Source: an uncultured archaeon
GTDB taxonomy: Archaea; Asgardarchaeota; Lokiarchaeia; Sigyniarchaeales; SOKP01
Length of the DNA: 23,404 bases
NCBI GenBank assembly: GCA_964583985.1
Contig: CAZOYD010000056.1
Span: 1 to 23,404 of the forward strand
Direction of reading: 5' to 3'
Below the pieces are notes generated by a model. It was not told where the DNA came from. It saw only the letters and a list, made by a program, of their open reading frames with translations, and did no database searches. The stretch's first letter is position 1; each line of letters begins with the position of its first letter. Shown piece by piece: positions 16,690-23,404 of this stretch. Made by a program: the position numbers and the translations under genes.

Positions 16690-17448
16690 ATGTATTCTTC
16701 AAGAATTGTCAATCTAGAAAGCAAGCTAAAAGAAATTCAAAATCATGATAGATTTCTTCTTCCTACAGGTTCTACACATTTCGATGAGATCTTGAAAGGA
16801 GGATTTCATCCTGGAATGTATTTAATCTATGGTGCAAATAGAACGGGAAAGACGCAAATTTGTCATCAAATGTGTTTACAAGCTTATATCGCCAATTCAG
16901 ATTCTATTTTTATTGATTCTGAGAATACCTTTCGCCCAGAAAGAATTAGAGAGTTATGCATCAATCGTGGTGTGAATGAAGATAAAGCTCTGAAAAGTAT
17001 ATTAATTACTAAAGTGTCGGGTAATTCAACATTTTTATTGAATTTAGATGAAGTAGAAAATAAATTAGAAAAGTCTAACACAAAGCTTCTAATAATAGAT
17101 TCCATAAATAATCATTTCAGAGCTGATCAAGGGGCAAGAAATATAACTCAGAATAAATTGAAAAAAACCTTCCTTAAAATCTTGCAAAAATTAAGTGAAA
17201 TTACACAAAAAAATAATATAGTACTAATAGCTACTGCCCAAATTTCTCCAAATTTCACTGAAAAACCAATTATTAGTGAGAATCCTGTAGGACTACAATA
17301 TTTAAACCACTTTTTTTCGGAATTTTTGTATTTAATTCGAAATTCAGATAAAAATTATGTGCATTTAGTTAACTCAAGCACCTTACCCGAAAATAAACTC
17401 CCTTTCAAAATTACAGCAAGGGGAATTGAAGATTACGTAAAATCATAA
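16690..17448 (+). CDS. RadA/Rad51-family paralog lacking the N-terminal HhH domain
   Basis: PTGSTHFDEILKGG, Walker A GANRTGKTQICHQ, FIDSENTFRPERI, Walker B LLIIDS..HFR and C-terminal LPE...FKITARGIED. Confidence 0.85.
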   Translation: MYSSRIVNLESKLKEIQNHDRFLLPTGSTHFDEILKGGFHPGMYLIYGANRTGKTQICHQMCLQAYIANSDSIFIDSENTFRPERIRELCINRGVNEDKALKSILITKVSGNSTFLLNLDEVENKLEKSNTKLLIIDSINNHFRADQGARNITQNKLKKTFLKILQKLSEITQKNNIVLIATAQISPNFTEKPIISENPVGLQYLNHFFSEFLYLIRNSDKNYVHLVNSSTLPENKLPFKITARGIEDYVKS

Positions 17449-18296
17449 TCTTGGATATTGTCCAAAGAAATATTTCTAAAATAGTGCGATTTGGTTTTAC
17501 TATTCAGCAAAATAATTTCATTTTCAAGTTTTTTAGAGATCCATTTCAATAGAATAAATCCATATTTTAATTTCTTTATTTTAGTGTCAGTTCCTATTAA
17601 ATTTCCTTGAAGGTGAGGTTTACTATATTTTCCTACAATGTTTCCAAAATCCATGCCAATAAAATAAAGCTTTTGGCTAGGAGATAATATTGATCTCAAA
17701 AAAAATAAGATTCTATCACCATCTGTAAAACCTCCCGGATTTAATAGCAGATCATTTGGTTCAACTTGTGTAGTTCCTATTAAATTATTAAATCTTATAA
17801 TGTCCTCTTTAAATGTAAGAAGTCTGTTAATGTTATCACCATGGGCATGAATTATCATGAAAGAGGGATAATCAAATTCATTTTTTGTTATTCCATCTAA
17901 ATCAGAAAAGGTACCATAAATTGGGATTCCCTTTTTTTTTAAAAATCTCGTCGCTCCATCAGCAGCTAGATTTATACTCTGGTTAAAAAATTTAATTCCC
18001 TTTAACTCAATTATATGGTCAATTGTATCCTCAAGTGATGGACCACTTCCAAAAATAAATATGCTTTTCGCTTTTTTAATTCCATTATAAAAAGTCAAGA
18101 GAACTTCTTTAAAATCCCAATCGCTTGATTTCATCTTTATTATGTCAGATAATATACGTTTCGCTTCTATATCTTTTTTATAATCGAAGTCGAAATCCTT
18201 AATGATTTTATCATACCAGCCTTTAAATTCTAAATAATAATTAATTTGATTTCTGAGCTCTTGCAAGATATCTCTTTTTTTTGGTAATAAAAACAA
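17433..18296 (-). CDS. mptE: 6-hydroxymethyl-7,8-dihydropterin pyrophosphokinase MptE (DUF115)
   Basis: GSGPSL, AADGA, SDLDG, HAHGDN, GTTQVEP, NPGGFTDGDR, GMDFG..VGKYSKP and KIKKL motifs. TTG start. Confidence 0.9.
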   Translation of the reverse strand: MFLLPKKRDILQELRNQINYYLEFKGWYDKIIKDFDFDYKKDIEAKRILSDIIKMKSSDWDFKEVLLTFYNGIKKAKSIFIFGSGPSLEDTIDHIIELKGIKFFNQSINLAADGATRFLKKKGIPIYGTFSDLDGITKNEFDYPSFMIIHAHGDNINRLLTFKEDIIRFNNLIGTTQVEPNDLLLNPGGFTDGDRILFFLRSILSPSQKLYFIGMDFGNIVGKYSKPHLQGNLIGTDTKIKKLKYGFILLKWISKKLENEIILLNSKTKSHYFRNISLDNIQDYDFT

Positions 18297-18383
18297 TATT
18301 GTAATAAAAAAATTTTAAATCTATTATATAATTAATTTGATCATATACTTATATTCAATATAATTATATTATTATAACAAAAT

Positions 18384-18388
18384 AGGTG
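18384..18388 (+). promoter_or_regulatory. Shine-Dalgarno-like AGGTG upstream of gcvH
   Basis: AGGTG 11 nt before ATG 18400, matching part of the archaeal GGAGGTGA consensus. Confidence 0.4.
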
Positions 18389-18399
18389 TTTGATTAATC

Positions 18400-18798
18400 A
18401 TGGCAATATGGTACTCTAAGACCCACCAGTGGTATAATGATAGCACGGGTGAAGTAGGTATTACCCCTTTTGCTGCCGAGCAATTGGGTGAGATTTCATT
18501 TGTTGATGTAGAAGCACTTGAAGGAGCTACTGTTGAGCAAGTAAAAATGGATGGGAATGAACCAACGAGCGATCCATTAGATTGTACAGTGGAATCTAGT
18601 AAAGCCGTTGGAGATATTTATAGCCCCGTTTCCGGAGCCGTTACTGCAGTAAATTCTGATTTAATGGATGAACCTGAGAAAATTAACGAAAATCCACTCT
18701 CAACTTGGTTATTCAAGATTAAAGCTTCTAATTTCGGAGCTGAAAAGGCTAATTTATTAGATGAAGCTGCATATAAAACATACGTAGCATCTCTATAA
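18400..18798 (+). CDS. gcvH: Glycine cleavage system H protein (lipoyl carrier)
   Basis: YSKTHQW, VGITPFAAEQLGEISFV, lipoyl-Lys motif VESSKAVGDIYSPVSG, PEKINENP..WLFKI, LLDEAAY. Confidence 0.95.
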   Translation: MAIWYSKTHQWYNDSTGEVGITPFAAEQLGEISFVDVEALEGATVEQVKMDGNEPTSDPLDCTVESSKAVGDIYSPVSGAVTAVNSDLMDEPEKINENPLSTWLFKIKASNFGAEKANLLDEAAYKTYVASL

Positions 18799-18832
18799 AA
18801 AGACTATAAGAAATTAATAGTTAAATCAATAA

Positions 18833-18853
18833 TTTTCTCTTTTTTTTTATTTT
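18833..18853 (+). terminator. Putative oligo-T terminator after gcvH
   Basis: TTTTCTCTTTTTTTTTATTTT about 35 nt downstream of the stop. Confidence 0.5.
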
Positions 18854-18938
18854 GGATTATTGAAATCACTAATTCTCTAAAAATATCAATGATACAGTCT
18901 CAATAATTTAAAAAGCTTTAAACATTTCTAAAAAGATC

Positions 18939-19448
18939 TTATTTTAATTTTTCGGAAATCATATATTGTAAAGCAGTATAAGAGATTAAAATTAAAATTA
19001 TCCCGATAGAAAGAATTCTAACAGCAATCTTTTTATTATATACGTGTTTGGAGGCTTGATATAAGAAGACAAAACCCAAAGAACACAAGAATATGAAAAT
19101 AGAAGCAACAATTGATTCTACTATGAATGCATCGTGAATTGAAGGATATAGAAATATTGCATTGCCTTGGGAATCTCCTCCCAATGCTGGAGGTTTTGTA
19201 TATATAAGATATACTATTCCCGTTTGAAGGAGAAATAAAATTGCATATATTAATATTACTGCTATTGATTTACTCGGTAATGGCATATCCATTTTTGGAA
19301 GTAAGGACTCAGGGAATCTAATTTTTGGCTTTCTCAAAGACTTTCCGAAAATCCAAGGTGTTTTACTCCTTACTCGTTCAAAAACGGTCTCTGATCCGCT
19401 AATATCTTCCTTTTTTATTTTAGCTTGTGCTTGGACTTGTTTTTCCAT
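18939..19448 (-). CDS. Oligosaccharyltransferase accessory subunit OSTC/DC2-like (OST3/OST6 TM family)
   Basis: Three TM helices. The pattern PKI..P...LPS...FLLQTGIVY....PPALG...FLY...FIVESIVAS.FIFLCSLGFVFL...KL parallels eukaryotic OSTC (PNL..P..MPS...FLITGGIIY..EPPSVG...FL...YIMEGLASSFLF.MGGLGFIIL...KL), recalled from memory. Confidence 0.8.
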   Translation of the reverse strand: MEKQVQAQAKIKKEDISGSETVFERVRSKTPWIFGKSLRKPKIRFPESLLPKMDMPLPSKSIAVILIYAILFLLQTGIVYLIYTKPPALGGDSQGNAIFLYPSIHDAFIVESIVASIFIFLCSLGFVFLYQASKHVYNKKIAVRILSIGIILILISYTALQYMISEKLK

Positions 19449-19537
19449 GGTATTATTTTGAAAAATATTTACCTTATAAGTTATAAAATTTGATTAGATT
19501 AAAATATTTTTTTAAAAGATATTTAAAATCAAAATAT

Positions 19538-21058
19538 TCATTGTAATTTCTGTATTAAAGTTAACAAAAATTTCCATATTTTTTCACTAGATTGTATTTT
19601 CAATCGTTCATCAGGAGAATGTCCTCCTATTATATCGGGGCCAATTGAAATCATTTGCATGTCGGGGTAATATTTCGAGAAATAAGCACATTCCAAACCA
19701 GCATGAATGGCCTTAATACTTACTTCTTGTTTAAACAATTCTGTATATATTTCTCTCGCGTTAGAGGTTAATTTTGAACTAAAATCTGGATCCCAGCTAG
19801 GATAATCCGTTATTATTGTTAAATCCATGTTAAAATTAAAAGCTTTAAGTAAGGTGATTATCTTCTCATAAATTACCCCCTTACTATATTCAGCCAAACT
19901 TCGAGTACTTATTTTGACTTTAATAGAATTTGGTTTTGTTTTAATAACAGCGAAATTATCGGAAGTATGTACTAATTCTGGAATTGTTGGATGCATGGAT
20001 AAAGGGCCATTAGGCATTAAGTAGAATAGATCAAGCAATTTATCTTTAAAATTATTCGCAAAAACGAGATGGTCCAAATTTTCTTGGTATTCTTCACAGG
20101 TAATCTTCAAATTCGGATCAATCCCCTTATATAGTGATTTTATATTAGACGTATAGAATTCAATTTGTTCCGAGATATCCCTAATTTCTTCTTTATTAAC
20201 ATAAAAAATCGCATTTGCTTCTCGAGGAATTGCATTTGATAAATTTCCTCCATTTATAGTCGATAAATAAATTTTAAACTCTTCATTTAACTTCCATAGA
20301 ATCTCTGCTAGAATTTTATTTGCATTACCTCTCCTCTTATTGATATCTGTTCCAGAATGCCCACCTACTAAACCCATTACATCCAATTTCATTGGTGTAA
20401 TTTGATTTTTTATCTTTTCAATTGATATGCGTTCTTCTTTGATCTCAACCTTGAATACTCGCCCTCCAGCACAACCAATGGTAAATTCGTTATCTCTCTC
20501 AGAATCGAGGTTTATTAAATACTTGCCCTTGATGATATTCAAATCCATCTGGGAAGCTCCTGAAAGCCCTCTTTCTTCATCAACAGTAAATAATAAATCT
20601 AAATGGCATGACCCAAGATTTAATTCTCCATTATAAATTTTCTTCATGATTGCCAATTGATAAGCCATGCCAACAGCATTGTCTGCCCCAAGTGTCGTGC
20701 CATCTGCGGTCATCCACTTTTCATTGTTAACATCAATTACCTTTAATCTTAATGGATCTTTTGCGAAATCATGTTTAGTCTCATCATTTTTCTCACATAC
20801 CATGTCCATGTGGCTTTGCAAAACTATTCTTAATGGTTCACTTCCAGTTCTTGTCTGAGGGGGAACTCTGACAACTATATTACCAATCTGATCTATTTGA
20901 TGCTCAAATCTAAACTTAACGGCTTCTTCTTTAATAAAGGTTCTAATCAGCCCTTCTTTTTTGGAACATCGGGGTATTTTGGAAATTTGAAAAAAATAAT
21001 CCCAAAATTCTTGTGGTTCACCTAAACTCTTTAAATTCTCCATTTTAATCGCATCCAT
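19538..21058 (-). CDS. pepD: Aminoacyl-histidine (Xaa-His) dipeptidase PepD, M20C
   Basis: IPRCSKKE, LQSHMDMVCEK, TTLGADNAVG, LFTVDEERG, INLDSE, GGHSG, NAIPRE, IHAGLEC and HSPDE motifs. Confidence 0.93.
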   Translation of the reverse strand: MDAIKMENLKSLGEPQEFWDYFFQISKIPRCSKKEGLIRTFIKEEAVKFRFEHQIDQIGNIVVRVPPQTRTGSEPLRIVLQSHMDMVCEKNDETKHDFAKDPLRLKVIDVNNEKWMTADGTTLGADNAVGMAYQLAIMKKIYNGELNLGSCHLDLLFTVDEERGLSGASQMDLNIIKGKYLINLDSERDNEFTIGCAGGRVFKVEIKEERISIEKIKNQITPMKLDVMGLVGGHSGTDINKRRGNANKILAEILWKLNEEFKIYLSTINGGNLSNAIPREANAIFYVNKEEIRDISEQIEFYTSNIKSLYKGIDPNLKITCEEYQENLDHLVFANNFKDKLLDLFYLMPNGPLSMHPTIPELVHTSDNFAVIKTKPNSIKVKISTRSLAEYSKGVIYEKIITLLKAFNFNMDLTIITDYPSWDPDFSSKLTSNAREIYTELFKQEVSIKAIHAGLECAYFSKYYPDMQMISIGPDIIGGHSPDERLKIQSSEKIWKFLLTLIQKLQ

Positions 21059-21140
21059 GAAAATATAAATATGAATTATGTTTTATTACTTATAAAAATA
21101 GCATTAAATTACTTAAATTTCAAATATAAGCGATTTTAAA

Positions 21141-22265
21141 ATGAGCAGCTGGAAAGATTTATACTCGGAAGTCAAAAAACGTAAGATGGAAGCACTGGAT
21201 AAAAAAGAAGTAGTTAAAGCAGTTGAGAAATATGGAAAAATACTTGCGGTCAAAGGTCGATATGAAAAACCCGAGAAAGTTGTTGATCACATGTACGCCG
21301 CTAAACATGATACCATTAAACCTCAAGATATTATGAAATATAATCTAAATGATTATGATGTGGTACTTATTGGGTGTCCTGGAGATGAGATCCCTCATTC
21401 TGCATTTCCAAAGATAAGTGAGTACGTCAATTTAAATGGGGGATGGATACTAACAACCGATTGGGCGATAAAGCATATTGTCGAAATCATTTTTCCGGGA
21501 TTCATTCGATGGAATGGTGATAAAACAGCAGATGCAGTGGTAAGTTGTCAAATTCTTGAACCTAATCATCCTTTTCTTGAAGGTGTCCTTACAGAAATCC
21601 AACAAGATAAATGGCATGCAAAAACAACTACGGATACAAAGAAATCCGAGTTTCGGTGGTGGTTAGAAAATCGTAGTTTTCCAATTCAAGTTCTGAACCC
21701 AACAGCAGTCAAGGTTCTAATTGAATCATGGGAAATAAAAAAGAAATGGGGAGAATCTCCAGTTTTGTGTTATTTTGATTATGGAAAAACGGGCGGTCGT
21801 ATTATTCATTTAATATCTCACACGCATTTGCAAAAAGGAGGTCAAAAAGGGAAATACGCCTCAGCATTAATTTTAACAAATATCCTTGACGAAAAAGTCT
21901 CCAAGAAAATGGGTTTATCAAAAAAGCCCGCTTCAGGGTATGTCTCAAATTGGGAAGAAACTCCTGCTCAATCGTATGCCGATCCAAATAGTCCGTGGCA
22001 AACTCCTGATGAACAAAGTCAATTTGTAACTCCTTCTGTTTCAGAATTTGGATTAACTGGTACAGCTCAAATTATTGAAGTTGATGCTAATAGCACTAGT
22101 TTTTCATACGCAAGCAAATGTGCTTATTGTAACTATGATTTTGCAGATTATTCCGGGAAAGTCTATAAATGCCAAGCTTGTGGCACGCATTATCATGAAA
22201 ATTGCTTGAATAACCAAATTAACGAGGGAATATGTAAGAACTGTGGAAAAATTCTCCTTTGGTAG
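21141..22265 (+). CDS. Hypothetical protein: class I GATase-like alpha/beta domain, S/P/Q/T-rich linker and C-terminal C4HC3 RING/PHD-type zinc finger
   Basis: N-terminal domain LNDYDVVLIGCPG...ISEYVNLNGGWILTTDWA...GGRIIHLISH; C-terminus CAYC-x13-CQAC-x4-H-x2-C-x9-CKNC. Confidence 0.7.
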   Translation: MSSWKDLYSEVKKRKMEALDKKEVVKAVEKYGKILAVKGRYEKPEKVVDHMYAAKHDTIKPQDIMKYNLNDYDVVLIGCPGDEIPHSAFPKISEYVNLNGGWILTTDWAIKHIVEIIFPGFIRWNGDKTADAVVSCQILEPNHPFLEGVLTEIQQDKWHAKTTTDTKKSEFRWWLENRSFPIQVLNPTAVKVLIESWEIKKKWGESPVLCYFDYGKTGGRIIHLISHTHLQKGGQKGKYASALILTNILDEKVSKKMGLSKKPASGYVSNWEETPAQSYADPNSPWQTPDEQSQFVTPSVSEFGLTGTAQIIEVDANSTSFSYASKCAYCNYDFADYSGKVYKCQACGTHYHENCLNNQINEGICKNCGKILLW

Positions 22266-22368
22266 AATTTTAACCATCATGTCAAATTTTGCTTTCAAGC
22301 TCAACAAAATGAATTTAATTCATTTTATACTTTATTAAATATTCAATTAAAATCAGCAGAGAATAATT

Positions 22369-23404
22369 ATGAATATAAGTAAAGAGCGCGTTTTTGACGA
22401 AGTTGAGAGGTTAGATCGGAATTATATAATGGATATCATGAGTAATCTTATTAATATTGATACTACCGTTCCACCTGCTAATTCCTATCGAGAATATGTT
22501 GACGCTTTAACTCCATTTTTTCAAGATTTAGGTTATGATTTGGAAGAAATTATTGTCCCCCAAGAATTAATACAACAAATTCCTTATCCCCTTGAAGGCC
22601 CAAGAATTAACTTAATTGCAACTAAAGATTTTGGACAAAACCAATTCATAACTTTTTACGGTCACATGGATGTTGTTCCAGCTCCAAATGAAGGGCAAAA
22701 TAAATGGCGCTTTCCTCCATTTAAAGCCACGATGATTAAAAGTGGGAAGATCTATGGTCGTGGGACGTCTGATATGAAAGGTGCAATGGTTTGCTTGATA
22801 ATCGCATTCCAATTAATTAAAAAATTAAACTTAACACCTAAATATAATATTAGAGTTTTGAATTGTACTGATGAAGAAATCGGGATCTGGCCAGGTGTAA
22901 GATATTTAGCCGAAAAAGGATACGTTAAAGGAACCGTTTTTTGCATGGAAGGAGTCATCAACCCCATAATTGTTCAAGGAACTGCGGGTGCATTAAATGT
23001 CATTGTGGAATCTATAGGAAGGAGTTGCCATTCTGGTACTAATTTTATGGGAGTTAATGCATTTGAAGAAACAATTCCAATCTTGAATGAATTAATGAAA
23101 CTAAAAAGGATGGTAGAAGTTCGAGAAAGCAAGAATATTCCCGGTTTACCACGTTTTGGTACGGGAGAAAAAAGAAACATGACACCTATGTTTAATTTAG
23201 ACATCATCCATTCTGGTACCAAAACTAATATTGTCCCTGATCTTTGTACTCTGACCATTAATAGGCGTCTTATTCCAGATGAAGACATTGAAGAAGTTAA
23301 AAAAGAAATAGCAGATGCTGTTGAACGTGGACGAATTCAGAGTAAATTGTTAGATGTCAAGACAAAATACATCTATGATTATCCTCCAATGACAGCTGAT
23401 CCAA
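22369..23404 (+). CDS. ArgE/DapE-family M20 metallohydrolase, 3'-truncated (not in the ORF track)
   Basis: Translated by hand from ATG 22369: MNISKERVF...LINIDTTVPP...FYGHMDVVPA...W.FPPF...IYGRGTSDMKGA...CTDEEIG...GRSCHSG...GVNA...GTKTNIVPD...NRRLIPDE. The frame is open to the window end. Confidence 0.92.
   Translation, partial: MNISKERVFDEVERLDRNYIMDIMSNLINIDTTVPPANSYREYVDALTPFFQDLGYDLEEIIVPQELIQQIPYPLEGPRINLIATKDFGQNQFITFYGHMDVVPAPNEGQNKWRFPPFKATMIKSGKIYGRGTSDMKGAMVCLIIAFQLIKKLNLTPKYNIRVLNCTDEEIGIWPGVRYLAEKGYVKGTVFCMEGVINPIIVQGTAGALNVIVESIGRSCHSGTNFMGVNAFEETIPILNELMKLKRMVEVRESKNIPGLPRFGTGEKRNMTPMFNLDIIHSGTKTNIVPDLCTLTINRRLIPDEDIEEVKKEIADAVERGRIQSKLLDVKTKYIYDYPPMTADP

Noticed and set aside
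12370-17105. Short ORFs 12370-12573, 13025-13252, 16103-16321, 16266-16475, 16411-16620 and 16884-17105
   Set aside because: Antisense shadows of real genes. Their Phe/Leu richness reflects Lys/Glu codons on the coding strand.
16690-17448. Calling this gene radA, or a radA pseudogene
   Set aside because: It lacks the N-terminal domain, but has an intact frame, its own TATA-like element and no upstream remnant, so it is treated as a paralog without a symbol.
14551-17940. Homopolymer A/T runs of 8-10 nt in trm1, rlmE and mptE as frameshift or phase-variation sites
   Set aside because: Reading frames are intact, and such runs are expected from Lys codons in an AT-rich genome.
20427-23288. Short ORFs 20427-20636, 20667-20858, 21802-21987, 22104-22307, 22612-22812, 22752-22967 and 22974-23288
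   Set aside because: Antisense to pepD, the RING-fusion gene or the truncated M20 gene at 22369-23404, which explains that region.
1-23404. tRNA/rRNA/ncRNA genes, CRISPR arrays, IS elements
   Set aside because: All intergenic gaps are short (160 bp or less) and very AT-rich, with no GC-rich structured segments or periodic repeats visible by eye. Small guide RNAs cannot be excluded without a covariance search.

Overview
AT-rich, gene-dense archaeal chromosomal segment, most likely Asgard (Lokiarchaeia-like). This taxonomic call is an inference from archaeal Trm1, MptE and RadA/RadB-type genes together with an OSTC/DC2-like eukaryotic signature protein. In order, the window holds: an Opp/Dpp peptide ABC transporter operon (5'-truncated binding protein, two inserted unknown genes, B, C, D, F; OppD carries a long coiled-coil insertion); a DUF362 protein; a minus-strand block of a YqgF/RNase H-fold protein, two tandem DUF1624/HGSNAT-like membrane acyltransferases and TlyA; a RadB-like ATPase; a class I FBPase-trm1-rlmE operon; an RPC34/TFE-beta-like protein with an extra N-terminal zinc knuckle; an N-terminally truncated RadA/Rad51 paralog; mptE; a lone gcvH; the OSTC/DC2 homolog; pepD; a GATase-like/C4HC3 RING-PHD fusion protein; and a 3'-truncated ArgE/DapE M20 hydrolase missing from the ORF track. 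I saw no RNA genes, CRISPR arrays or mobile elements. All calls come from motif recognition by eye, with no database searches.
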